Shown here piece by piece: positions 14,918-24,599 of a DNA stretch of 64,000 nt. The DNA lies in the IMG/VR virus record IMGVR_UViG_3300029305_003176; one strand, 5' to 3'. Positions within the stretch are counted from its first letter, which is position 1; every line of letters starts with the position of its first letter. The stretch comes from a virus. The notes beneath the pieces were generated by a model that saw only the letters and a list, made by a program, of their open reading frames with translations, was not told where the DNA came from and made no database searches. Position numbers and translations under genes: made by a program.

Positions 14918-15841
14918 ATGGTTTGGATTATTGTAAGTGCAATTTTATTTATCATTGCATTCATTGTCTTAGGTTTTAAAGACATATTATGTTTTGATGA
15001 TTGGGGCTTAAACCCTAAACAGCTTGGTGCTTTATTGACATTACTTATTATGATACCTGCTTTCGTAGCTAAGGTTCCTGCTAATTCTGTAGGTATTAAA
15101 TATAGTCCTTTTAATGGCACAAGTGAAACAACTTTAAACGAAGGATTTCATGCAAAGAATCCATTTGATAAAGTATATAAGATAAGCACAGAAGTGCAAA
15201 CGATGAAAGTGGAAAATCTCACAACTCAGACCGAAGATGCTCAATTTGTAACAACAATATTAGATGTTAAGTATAGAGTAAACCCTACAAATGCACATCT
15301 TATTTTTACGCAGTTTAGAACATTGGATAAAATGTCTGAAACATTAATTATACCCACTACCCAAAGAGTATTGGAGTTAATTACTACAAGGTATAATGTT
15401 ATGGATGTTCTTGGAGACAAGAGAAGTGTTATTTATTCAGAATTAGAATCAGAGTTAACAAAAGAGTTTGCTAAGTATGGCGTTGAGTTCTACTCGATTT
15501 CTATTACTGATATGGATGCTGGCGATGCAATTGAGAATGCAATTACGGCAGAGGCAGTAGCAAAGAAGCAAGTAGAAACTGCTGAACAAGAATTATTAAA
15601 GGCACAAACAGAGGCCAAGAAAGCGGCAGTTAGCGCACAAGCAGAACAAGATGCTGCAAAGATTAAAGCAGAAACTAAATTAATAGAAGCAGAAGCTCAA
15701 AAGAAAGCAAATGAGCTCTTACAACAATCATTAACAGAACTTATTCTTCAACAACAATGGATTAATAAGTGGAATGGCGAAATGCCTAAATTCTTTGGTG
15801 GAGATGGAGCAGGTTTAATGTTTAATATGGGAAGTGAATAA
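14918..15841 (+). CDS. SPFH/band-7 (prohibitin/HflK-C-like) membrane protein
   Basis: N-terminal transmembrane helices, an SPFH-like core, and a C-terminal Ala/Glu/Lys-rich coiled coil (AEQELLKAQTEAKKAAVSAQAEQDAAKIKAETKLIEAEAQKKA). Confidence 0.6.
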   Translation: MVWIIVSAILFIIAFIVLGFKDILCFDDWGLNPKQLGALLTLLIMIPAFVAKVPANSVGIKYSPFNGTSETTLNEGFHAKNPFDKVYKISTEVQTMKVENLTTQTEDAQFVTTILDVKYRVNPTNAHLIFTQFRTLDKMSETLIIPTTQRVLELITTRYNVMDVLGDKRSVIYSELESELTKEFAKYGVEFYSISITDMDAGDAIENAITAEAVAKKQVETAEQELLKAQTEAKKAAVSAQAEQDAAKIKAETKLIEAEAQKKANELLQQSLTELILQQQWINKWNGEMPKFFGGDGAGLMFNMGSE

Positions 15842-15843
15842 GA

Positions 15844-16149
15844 TTGAATAATTTATTTCAATTAAACTGTCCTAATTGTGCTGCACCCTTGAATAATGGT
15901 AAGTGTGACTATTGTGGAACAGAAACTGTAGGAGAGATTAGATTTGATGAATGCATAGCATTTAATTTAGTTGGCAGAGATGATGCAGGAAATAAATATG
16001 AAATACCCGTAAGTGGAAGAGTAAGTGATTTAACATTATCAACGGATCCAATGTCTGCTTTCGACTATAGTGGCAGAATACTTAAGACTTTTTTTAGAGG
16101 TTACAATGTAACATTTACATTCGAGGGTGCGATAAGAGAAAGAAATTAA
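15844..16149 (+). CDS. hypothetical zinc-ribbon protein (CPNC…CDYCG), overlaps the SPFH stop
   Basis: ORF translationally coupled to the SPFH gene. Confidence 0.35.
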   Translation: MNNLFQLNCPNCAAPLNNGKCDYCGTETVGEIRFDECIAFNLVGRDDAGNKYEIPVSGRVSDLTLSTDPMSAFDYSGRILKTFFRGYNVTFTFEGAIRERN

Positions 16150-16257
16150 TTATGAAGAAAGAGAGAAATATTTATTGAGTTCTCTTATTAAGAGAACAGT
16201 TGATGTCCGTGGGACGAAATTAAGGGATTGTGCTTACCTCGGTGAGGGGGTGAGTAT

Positions 16258-17439
16258 ATGAGTGAAAGAGCGTTAGCTCATATTGAAAGAATAGCTTGGG
16301 TTAAACCGATTGAAGGTGCAGATAATATTGAACTTATCGGTGTCTTAGGATGGGTATGTATAGCTAAGAAAGGTGAATTCAAACAAGGTGATTTCTGTAT
16401 CTATTTCGAAATTGACTCAAAGTTACCTGAAAAAGAATGGTCTGAATTTATGAGACCAAAACACTTCAAAGTAAAAACTATGAAGTTAGGAAAGTTTAAT
16501 GTTATTAGCCAGGGATTAGCTTTACCATTAAAAGCATTTAATTCAGAGGGCTGTATCTTCCCTGCATTAAATGACGGACTTCCAATTGAGGGTTCTGATG
16601 TTACAGAACTTCTTGGTGTTACATATTCTGTAGAAGAAGATAATATTCGTAAATCAAAGAATGGTGATCCGAATGCTAAGTATAAGTCTATGGCATCAAG
16701 ACATCAGAAGTTATTTAAGACTAAACCTTTTAGATGGTTAATGAAGAAAACTTGGGGAAGAAAGTTATTGTTTATTTTCTTTGGAAAGAAGAAAGATAAG
16801 CCAAAAGCATTTCCGGATTGGATTGTAAAAACTGATGAGACGAGAATTGAGAATGCTCCTTGGTATCTTGAAAGTGATAATAAATGGTTTAAGACAGAGA
16901 AATTAGATGGCACAAGTTGTACATATGCTGTGCAAAGGATAAAGAAAAATAGGTATGACTTTATTGTTTGTAGTAGAAATGTAAGACAAGCAGATAGAGA
17001 CCAGGTTTGTTATCATGATTCAAATATTTATTGGGAATTGGCAGATAAGTATAACATTAAAGAGATATTAATTAATTATGCAACAAGTAATAAATACGAT
17101 AGAGTTGTATTACAAGGAGAGGGTGTTGGTTCTGTACAAGGCAATCCATATAAATTGACAGAAAACGAACTTTTTATATTTAATCTTGTTATAAATGGTG
17201 TTCGTAAAGGAACTGATGAGATGGCAAGATTTTGCAATAAATACAAATTAAGACATGTACCTATCATTGATTCATTTTATACCTTACCTAAGACCATGGA
17301 AGAAATGAAGCTTGAAGCCGATGGCTATAGCTTAATTAATCCAAAGGTAAGAAGAGAAGGGTTCGTTTATAGAACTATTGATGGTCAACAAAGTTTTAAA
17401 AATGTATCAAGAGAATTTTTACTCAAACATAACTCCTAA
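16258..17439 (+). CDS. ATP-dependent RNA ligase (N-terminal OB-like domain + nucleotidyltransferase; Rnl5/DraRnl-like)
   Basis: Covalent nucleotidyltransferase motif I EKLDGTSCTY (KxDG) sits about 210 aa in. An N-terminal basic OB-like region precedes the NTase domain, as in Deinococcus/Naegleria-type RNA ligases. The gene flanks the tRNA array opposite the Pnk-HD gene. Confidence 0.5.
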   Translation: MSERALAHIERIAWVKPIEGADNIELIGVLGWVCIAKKGEFKQGDFCIYFEIDSKLPEKEWSEFMRPKHFKVKTMKLGKFNVISQGLALPLKAFNSEGCIFPALNDGLPIEGSDVTELLGVTYSVEEDNIRKSKNGDPNAKYKSMASRHQKLFKTKPFRWLMKKTWGRKLLFIFFGKKKDKPKAFPDWIVKTDETRIENAPWYLESDNKWFKTEKLDGTSCTYAVQRIKKNRYDFIVCSRNVRQADRDQVCYHDSNIYWELADKYNIKEILINYATSNKYDRVVLQGEGVGSVQGNPYKLTENELFIFNLVINGVRKGTDEMARFCNKYKLRHVPIIDSFYTLPKTMEEMKLEADGYSLINPKVRREGFVYRTIDGQQSFKNVSREFLLKHNS

Positions 17440-17496
17440 AATTGATTTAAATTAAATTGCAACGATAAAAACGACTTGGAAAGGAGAATTGAATGA

Positions 17497-17685
17497 GTGG
17501 AAGAACATAGCAAAAAATGTATTAAGTGTAAAGATAGCTTCATTTGGTTTGAAAAAGAAGCTTGGTGGGGCTACCAAGGAATAGAACCTGTAAAACTAAC
17601 AAGATGCCCTTATTGCGGAACTATTCAAGCACTTAAGTATGAAGAATTAATTAATCCAAATTTTGATGAAAGGTATTATAAATAA
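17497..17685 (+). CDS. hypothetical zinc-ribbon protein (62 aa)
   Basis: CIKCKD…CPYCG. Confidence 0.3.
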   Translation: MEEHSKKCIKCKDSFIWFEKEAWWGYQGIEPVKLTRCPYCGTIQALKYEELINPNFDERYYK

Positions 17686-18324
17686 ATGAAAGACTGGACT
17701 GGAAATAAAAAGACTACATTTGTTACTCTTGGTGCCAGTAATCATACAAATCATGAAAGAGCAGAACATGATTATTATGCAACAGAGCCATTAGCTGCCG
17801 ATTTAATATGTGGTGTTGAGACATTTGAAGGTGGTATATGAGAAAATTGTGCAGGTGAAGGACATCTATCAAAGAGATTTGAAGAGCTTGGCTATGAAGT
17901 AGTTAGCACAGATTTAATCGACAGAGGATATGGTAAAGGAGGAGTTAATTTCTTTGAATGTAAAGAAACATTAGCCCCTAACATTGTTACTAATCCGCCA
18001 TATGCATTTAGTAAAGAGTGGACATTACATTCTTTGGAATTATTGCCTGAAGGTGGTAAATTAGCGTTATTTTTACCTATACAGTTTTTAGAAAGCGACA
18101 GCAGAAGAGAGTTATTTAAAAACTATCCACCTAAAACTGTATATGTGTGTGTTGATCGTGTATTATGCGGCATGAATGATGATTTTACTGCAAAGGACAA
18201 GCAAGGTAATACAATTTATAAAAAAGATGGCAGTCCCAAAAGAATGTCGAGTGCAAAGTGTTATGCATGGTTTGTATGGGAAAAGGGGTATCAAGGTGAT
18301 ACAAAATTAAAATGGATAAATTAG
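17686..18324 (+). CDS. N6-adenine DNA methyltransferase interrupted by a single in-frame TGA (codon 52, nt 17839-17841)
   Basis: One reading frame translates MKDW…FEGGI-TGA-ENCAGEGHL…TNPPYAFSKEW…. Motif I (ENCAGEGHL) and motif IV (NPPY) lie on the same frame across the TGA. The track ORF 18034..18324 is the C-terminal part. Confidence 0.5.
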
Positions 18325-18360
18325 TAACTAATTAAAATTAAATAAAGGAGAAATAGAAAA

Positions 18361-19545
18361 ATGATTTTTGAAATGTTGGGTAAATTATCTATCTCAAAAG
18401 CAACAGAAAAATTTTCACCATATTCAGAAAATGTATATGATTCTGGTTGGAAAAAAACATCATTAAAATTTAATGCAGTATGTGGTGACAATAGACATAT
18501 GTTACAGATTGATGCAGGCTGTTGGGCCGATGGACACGGAGATATTTATACTTTCAGCAAAGCAACAGTTAATGAAGATGGTAGTAAAAAGAAGGGCGAG
18601 TCTTTTACAATTCCATTCAAAGATAGATTAACTTCTAAAAAATTAGCTGATGTCGCAGAGTTTAAAAAATTTGTATTTGACTTAGAAGAACCTGGTAGAA
18701 GATTTAAGTTAAAAAACATGGTTGAAGCTATTAAGGAAGGTAAAGGGGTAACAGATGAGCAACTCTCAGAGGTAAATCTTGAAAACGAATCAGATGTAGC
18801 TGAAGCATACGAAAAGAGTTTAAAGAAGCATCATGAATTTATTTATGAAGGTGATTTTATTGAATTTATCAAGAAAGTAATTGATAGTGATAAACTCAAA
18901 GATAAGAAATTCTTAATTCGTGGTAATGGTAATTATTCTTACTCAGAAAAGAATGAGAGAGTGTATGAAAGCTATGTTCCTACTCGTATTTACTTAGCTG
19001 CAGATGATGCAGAGGAATATAGCACTGCAAATATTACTTTGTTGTTCGGAGCTGAAAGTTTAGATGATATGAGTGTAGAAGAAAAGGGCAAGTATTATGT
19101 TTCCGGTTGGTCTATGGAATATGATAGTAATCGTAAAGGTAATATTCCTGTACCTATGACCATCACTTTCTCTGCCGAGAATGAGAAGTTAGCAGCCGCT
19201 CTCAAGAAGAAGTTTACAGTTGATGACGATAGCATTAAAGAGTACGGAATTGAAGTATCAATGCTCAATGGGGCACAGAAGACAGAGATTACAGAGGATA
19301 TGCTAAGTGACGAACAGAAAGAAGACTTAGAACTTGGTTTAATTACACTTGATGATATTCGTAAGGATATGGGTGGTTCTGTATATGGCGACAGAATTCA
19401 AGAGTATCAGTTCTTAAAGGTTGGTCGTGGATACACCAAGGGTAGAAATGATACAGCTTATACGGCAGATGATATGGTAATTAAATCGGTTGTTGACGAA
19501 GAAACCGACGATTTATTTGATGACGATTTGGACGATGATATTTAA
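18361..19545 (+). CDS. putative ssDNA-binding protein (acidic C-terminal tail DDLFDDDLDDDI)
   Basis: 394 aa in the replication module with an SSB-like acidic C-terminal tail. No other motif. Confidence 0.35.
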   Translation: MIFEMLGKLSISKATEKFSPYSENVYDSGWKKTSLKFNAVCGDNRHMLQIDAGCWADGHGDIYTFSKATVNEDGSKKKGESFTIPFKDRLTSKKLADVAEFKKFVFDLEEPGRRFKLKNMVEAIKEGKGVTDEQLSEVNLENESDVAEAYEKSLKKHHEFIYEGDFIEFIKKVIDSDKLKDKKFLIRGNGNYSYSEKNERVYESYVPTRIYLAADDAEEYSTANITLLFGAESLDDMSVEEKGKYYVSGWSMEYDSNRKGNIPVPMTITFSAENEKLAAALKKKFTVDDDSIKEYGIEVSMLNGAQKTEITEDMLSDEQKEDLELGLITLDDIRKDMGGSVYGDRIQEYQFLKVGRGYTKGRNDTAYTADDMVIKSVVDEETDDLFDDDLDDDI

Positions 19546-19550
19546 AATAT

Positions 19551-20303
19551 ATGAGTAATAAGAATAAACAATATAACTTCACTGATTTAATAGGACAAAA
19601 ATTTGGGAAATTAACTGTTATAAAACGTGGAGAAGATAAAGTATCACCAAGCGGACAACATAAAGTTCGCTGGTGGTGCAAATGTGATTGTAGCAATCCA
19701 GAATTGATTTTAATATTGGGATACAACCTAAAGTCGGGACATACTAAATCTTGTGGGTATTTAAATTCTCAATTAGCTAGTATTAGAAATAAAAAGTACA
19801 ACACATATAACTTGTCTGGTGAATATGGAATAGGTTACACATTAAAAGGCGAAGAGTTTTATTTCGATTTAGAAGACTATGACAAAATTAAAGATTATTG
19901 TTGGAGAATAGACACAAAAGACGGATATGTAGTAACGACTTTTAAAGAAAAAATTTTATGTTTTCATAGAATTGTTATGGATGTAGATGATAGTGGTTTT
20001 GATGTAGACCATATTAGTCATATAAAACATGATAATAGAAAAATAAATCTCAGAGTTGTTAAGAGATGTCAAAACGCATCAAATAAAACTCCTTCGGATA
20101 ATAAAGTTGTTGGTGTAACTTTTGATAAAAGAAGTAATAAATGGAAAGCCAAAATAACGAAAAATTATAAAACTATTAATTTAGGTTTATATCAGAATTA
20201 TGAAGAAGCCGTCAAAGCAAGAAAACAAGCAGAAGAAAAATATTTTGGAGAGTTTTCTTATGACAATTCTATGAAACAAGCAGAGCAATACGCTCTAAAC
20301 TAA
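19551..20303 (+). CDS. HNH homing endonuclease with AP2 DNA-binding domain
   Basis: HNH motif VDHISHIKHDNRKINLRVV. AP2-like VVGVTFDKRSNKWKAKITKNYKTINLGLYQNYEEAVKARKQAEEKYFGEF. Confidence 0.7.
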   Translation: MSNKNKQYNFTDLIGQKFGKLTVIKRGEDKVSPSGQHKVRWWCKCDCSNPELILILGYNLKSGHTKSCGYLNSQLASIRNKKYNTYNLSGEYGIGYTLKGEEFYFDLEDYDKIKDYCWRIDTKDGYVVTTFKEKILCFHRIVMDVDDSGFDVDHISHIKHDNRKINLRVVKRCQNASNKTPSDNKVVGVTFDKRSNKWKAKITKNYKTINLGLYQNYEEAVKARKQAEEKYFGEFSYDNSMKQAEQYALN

Positions 20304-20335
20304 ACAAAATTATTTAGAAAACAAGGAGAGTAAAA

Positions 20336-21451
20336 ATGGCATTTATTAAACCACAGATTAACACAATTAAAGTAGATATTAAGAATTTATCTATTTATTT
20401 AAGAAGTACTAAGAAATTTGGTAAAACAACTTTATTTAGAGATGTGATTATTGAAAAGTATGGAGATGCTTCCAGAGGTTTATTGGTTGGTTGTGGCAAC
20501 GAGACTGGTTATCGTATGCTTGACAATTTAAATACAACTCAGGTTCGTACTTATAAGGATTTAATCGAGTTAAAAGACTGGCTTATTAATGAAAAAGGTA
20601 AAGAACATAATATTGAAATTGTCGCTTTTGATACAGGTGACGAATTAGCATTAATTGCAGACAAGGAAACAATTAGACAGTCGAATATCGAAAATCCTAA
20701 TAAGAAGGTTAGATCAATTAAAGCTGCGATGGGTGGTTATACGGCTGGCGAGAAGTATTCTGCAAATGATATTATTAAGCCTTATATGACAGAATTACAG
20801 GATGCAGGATTTGGTGTTTGGGTAATTGCTCATACAAAGTTCAAGACAATTAAGGAAAAAGGTAGTCTTGATGAAGATGGTTACATGCAGCTCACTTCTA
20901 ATATGGGAGCTGACTATGAAGCAGCTTTTGGTGATATCTTTGATGTAACTCTTACTGGTGTTATTGATAGAGACATTGAAGAAAAGGGTGAAGGAGACAA
21001 GAAGAAGAAGTATGCTACTAATACAATCAGAAAGTTATATTTCCGTGAAACTACATTAATTGATGCTGGTGGTAGATTTGCATTCGGTGCAGTTCCTGAG
21101 TTTATGGTTTTTGATAAGCCGGATATGAGTGCGGAATTTGTTAGAGTTATTGAAGAAGGTATGGAGAAATCTAAAAGTACTTTAGGCAAGAAATCTGCTA
21201 CTAAGACAACTAAGAAAACAGCTCCTGCACCGGAACCTGTAGTTGAAGAAGTAGAAGAAGATATTGATAATATTGATGCGGTTGAAGAAACAACAACTGG
21301 TGTAACTGCAGACGAAATTCGTGCATTATTTAAGGCTGCAGATAAGGACACAAAGGCAAAGGTTAAGGAAATTATTGCAGAGTTCGGTGGAAAACTTGAC
21401 GATGCAGATGAAGATGGTTTATCTCGTATGTATGAGATTTTAAACTCTTAA
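20336..21451 (+). CDS. RecA-fold AAA_24/Sak4-like ATPase with an acidic low-complexity C-terminal extension
   Basis: Variant P-loop STKKFGKTTLF, Walker-B-like IVAFDTGDEL, and GVWVIAHTK. The order matches phage AAA_24 recombination ATPases. Confidence 0.45.
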   Translation: MAFIKPQINTIKVDIKNLSIYLRSTKKFGKTTLFRDVIIEKYGDASRGLLVGCGNETGYRMLDNLNTTQVRTYKDLIELKDWLINEKGKEHNIEIVAFDTGDELALIADKETIRQSNIENPNKKVRSIKAAMGGYTAGEKYSANDIIKPYMTELQDAGFGVWVIAHTKFKTIKEKGSLDEDGYMQLTSNMGADYEAAFGDIFDVTLTGVIDRDIEEKGEGDKKKKYATNTIRKLYFRETTLIDAGGRFAFGAVPEFMVFDKPDMSAEFVRVIEEGMEKSKSTLGKKSATKTTKKTAPAPEPVVEEVEEDIDNIDAVEETTTGVTADEIRALFKAADKDTKAKVKEIIAEFGGKLDDADEDGLSRMYEILNS

Positions 21452-21459
21452 TTAGTGAA

Positions 21460-21999
21460 TTGTATAGGGGACAAATTATATCGTCCCCTATATTTATAAG
21501 GTGGGTGTTTAATACGCTTGTAAAATGTAGAATATGTAATAATAAAATAGAACGTAATGATGCTTATAAGATTATTAATAACGGAAAAAATGAGTATTAT
21601 TGCAATGAAAAAGAATACAAACAGAAACAGAAGCAAATAGCTGATAAAGCAAATATTATTAACTTAATAAATGAAATATTTGGATACGAAGTTGCTAATT
21701 TAACCATACATAAGGAATTAAAAGATATTTCTGAAAAGCATTCATATGAGAAAATCAGTTCGTTTCTGTATAATAACAAAGAAATGTTAGAACGAAATAT
21801 GAAAAAATCTTTTAGTTCCGAATATGGAAAGATAAGATATTTTACAACAATTATTAGAAATAATATTGTTGATTACATTCCGATAGAAGATGAACCTTAT
21901 ATTACAAATAATGAATATGAGGTATTAGATATAAAATATAAACCAAAAAAGAAAAGACGTGCAATGTGCGACTTGGAAAGGGAGTTGTTAGATGGCTGA
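21460..21999 (+). CDS. hypothetical protein (179 aa) with an N-terminal CxxC…CN zinc finger, upstream of the helicase (possible loader/organiser)
   Basis: ORF; position only. Confidence 0.3.
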   Translation: MYRGQIISSPIFIRWVFNTLVKCRICNNKIERNDAYKIINNGKNEYYCNEKEYKQKQKQIADKANIINLINEIFGYEVANLTIHKELKDISEKHSYEKISSFLYNNKEMLERNMKKSFSSEYGKIRYFTTIIRNNIVDYIPIEDEPYITNNEYEVLDIKYKPKKKRRAMCDLERELLDG

Positions 22000-23548
22000 G
22001 TTTTTAGCAGGTGTTACAGATAAATATATTCCACAACTTCTCAAAGGAAGAATCGAGATCGAAGGTAATGTCGTAAGCTGTTTTTTCAAGGATATGCTAT
22101 TACTTGATGAAGTAAAGCTTGAACCTAAAGATTTTGTTACAGCAGATGGTCATTTTTATTATTCTTTATTAAAGAATCTTAGAAAGAAAGGTTTTTATAC
22201 ATTAGATGAAATTACTATTCTTTCAAATTGCAGTGAGGAAGTAATTCAAAAGTACGAAGAACGTGGTGGTTTTGAAACAATTCAGCACCAAATTGATATT
22301 ATTAATGTGCAGAATTTTGATGTGTATATTGATATTTTATATAGGGAAAACATTCTATGTAATATGTACTTAGATGGGTTTAATTTAATCAATCCTATTA
22401 TGATTGGCGATAAGAAAATCGCTCCTTTGAAACTATTAAGAAGAATGAATGCTGAAGAAGTAGTTGATTGGTATGAATCAAGATTGTCCGAATATGGTAC
22501 TGGATATTCAAGCAAAGTAATTGAAGAAGAAGAAATTACAGAATTTACAAATGAATTTATTAATGAGTGTGAAGAGGGAATTGAAAACGGAGTCCCATTT
22601 GATGAAGGAGATTTAGATGTTAATCTTAGTTCTATGAATTGCTTTCCATTTTTATCAAGACAAGTTGGTGGTTTGTTACCGGGTACTTTTACAATGTTAG
22701 GTGGGTTTTCAAGTACTGGTAAATCAACTTGGTTTATAACAATTGTTATGGCTTTACTCCATTATGATAGAAAAGTCTTGATTATAACTAATGAAGAAGA
22801 TGTAAAAAGATTTAAAATTAAATTCCTTGTATGGATGCTTGGAAAATATACTAGGTATTTTAAACTCACAAAAAAGAAAATGACTTCTGGACAGATTGAT
22901 ACAGAAGATAGGAAGTATTTAAAAGAAGTTCAAAACTTTTGGAAAGAAAATTATAGTAATAGAGTAAAGATTATCTCTGTTGCCGATGCAGATATGTCTA
23001 TTGTTAAAAAGAAGATTCGTGAAAATGTGCTAAGATATGGCTATGATACAGTACTATATGACACATTTAAAATGCAAGAAGATGATTTTAAGGGTACAAG
23101 ACAAGATTTGTCTCTTGTAAGAGATAGCAGAGAATTGTTTAAACTTGCTAAAAAATACAATATTATTATGTTGGCCTCAGTGCAGTTAGCAGAATACATG
23201 AAAGGAAAATTATTTCTTGATAGCTCTGTATTATCAAACTCAAAACAAATTAAAGAAGTGTTAGAAAACCTGTTTCTTATGCGTAATCTTTATGAAGAAG
23301 AAAAAGATAAGAAGAATAAATTTTACTGTAGGCCATTCAGATTAGCAAAAAATTCTTCAGGTAAGTGGACAGAAGAAAAATATGAATTAGATCCTTCAGG
23401 TGTTTATAAAGTTCTGTTTTGTGAAAAGTGCCGTGGTGGTGCTAATTCAAGTGATACCGGATGCGCTTATTTATTGAAGTTTGATGGGGATCATTGTATC
23501 TTCAGAGAAGTTGCACAATGTAAGCCTAAACATGGAATGATTACATAA
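21992..23548 (+). CDS. DnaB-like replicative DNA helicase
   Basis: C-terminal RecA-like domain with Walker A GGFSSTGKSTWFITIV and DnaB-type downstream motifs. Confidence 0.7.
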   Translation: MAEFLAGVTDKYIPQLLKGRIEIEGNVVSCFFKDMLLLDEVKLEPKDFVTADGHFYYSLLKNLRKKGFYTLDEITILSNCSEEVIQKYEERGGFETIQHQIDIINVQNFDVYIDILYRENILCNMYLDGFNLINPIMIGDKKIAPLKLLRRMNAEEVVDWYESRLSEYGTGYSSKVIEEEEITEFTNEFINECEEGIENGVPFDEGDLDVNLSSMNCFPFLSRQVGGLLPGTFTMLGGFSSTGKSTWFITIVMALLHYDRKVLIITNEEDVKRFKIKFLVWMLGKYTRYFKLTKKKMTSGQIDTEDRKYLKEVQNFWKENYSNRVKIISVADADMSIVKKKIRENVLRYGYDTVLYDTFKMQEDDFKGTRQDLSLVRDSRELFKLAKKYNIIMLASVQLAEYMKGKLFLDSSVLSNSKQIKEVLENLFLMRNLYEEEKDKKNKFYCRPFRLAKNSSGKWTEEKYELDPSGVYKVLFCEKCRGGANSSDTGCAYLLKFDGDHCIFREVAQCKPKHGMIT

Positions 23549-23567
23549 AGGAAAGTTGGTGTAAAAT

Positions 23568-24599
23568 GTGATGCTCGAAGACATTAAAAAAGAATTATTA
23601 TCAAAACCAGATAAGCTCAAAGATGTACTTGAGCATTACAATTATTGCAACATAGTTATTAGGAATACATATATGTCATTCGGTAGAGATGAACAGAGTA
23701 GTAAAAAGGCTATTGTAATTAGATTAGATAATAATAAATATCTCTACGTTACCGATTATTCTAGAAATATTAACAAAGACTTATTCTCTTATATTATGGA
23801 GCAAAGAAAAGTTACCTTTTCTGATGTGCTTAATACGGTAAAATCAGTCCTTGGTATTACTGATTACTATGATTTCTTTGACAGTAAAAGATGTGTCTTT
23901 GGTGGTTTTTACGAGAATATAAGAAAGAAAAATAATTGTAAAATTAGAACCTATGATGAATCTATATTGAAATGTTACAAACGCTGCGGCAATAAAAGAT
24001 TTATGAAAGACCATATATCATTGGCAAGTCAGAAATATTTTAACATTCGATACGATGTGGAATCTCAAAGTATCGTAATTCCTATTTATGACCAGATTGG
24101 ACAGTTAATGGGAGCTAAAGCAAGATGTAATTGGGAAGTAGAAGATGGGGAACTTAAATATTATTATTTAATGCCTTGTTTAATGAGTCAGACTTTATAT
24201 GGATATGCTCAAAATTATAATGATTTAGTTGGAAACACCATATATATTTTTGAGAGCGAGAAGTCAATTATGCAATGTTATTCATATGGTATTCGTAATT
24301 GTGTTGCTCTTGGTAGTGGTAGTATTAGTCCGAAGCAGGTTCAAATGCTCTTAGAATTAAATCCGAAAAGGATAATCTTTATGCATGATACCGGTTATAA
24401 AATGGAATACATTATGAGAAATATTGAGATGGTAAAGAATTATTCAAGATTCTCAGAAGTTGAACTTGGCTATTGGGATTGGACAAAGGGTAATTATCCG
24501 GATAAAGTTTCCCCATCAGACATGGAAAAAAAACAATTAATATATATATTAGACAACGAAATTAAAATGATAGAGGATAGCGATGAAGACGAAATATAA
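23568..24599 (+). CDS. DNA primase (TOPRIM domain, DnaG-like)
   Basis: Toprim motifs IYIFESEKS…FMHDTGYKM (E…DxD). Confidence 0.6.
   Translation: MMLEDIKKELLSKPDKLKDVLEHYNYCNIVIRNTYMSFGRDEQSSKKAIVIRLDNNKYLYVTDYSRNINKDLFSYIMEQRKVTFSDVLNTVKSVLGITDYYDFFDSKRCVFGGFYENIRKKNNCKIRTYDESILKCYKRCGNKRFMKDHISLASQKYFNIRYDVESQSIVIPIYDQIGQLMGAKARCNWEVEDGELKYYYLMPCLMSQTLYGYAQNYNDLVGNTIYIFESEKSIMQCYSYGIRNCVALGSGSISPKQVQMLLELNPKRIIFMHDTGYKMEYIMRNIEMVKNYSRFSEVELGYWDWTKGNYPDKVSPSDMEKKQLIYILDNEIKMIEDSDEDEI

Noticed and set aside
20914-21351. 145-aa minus-strand ORF antisense to the Sak4-like ATPase gene. Other short antisense ORFs are similar, for example 1135-1353, 14429-14674, 43100-43285, 45542-45724, 47257-47693, 50203-50565, 53445-53765, 56360-58306, 59327-60037, 61951-62204.
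   Set aside because: They lie wholly inside longer, motif-supported genes on the opposite strand. They have low-complexity or hydrophobic composition driven by the AT-rich antisense of coding sequence, and no RBS.
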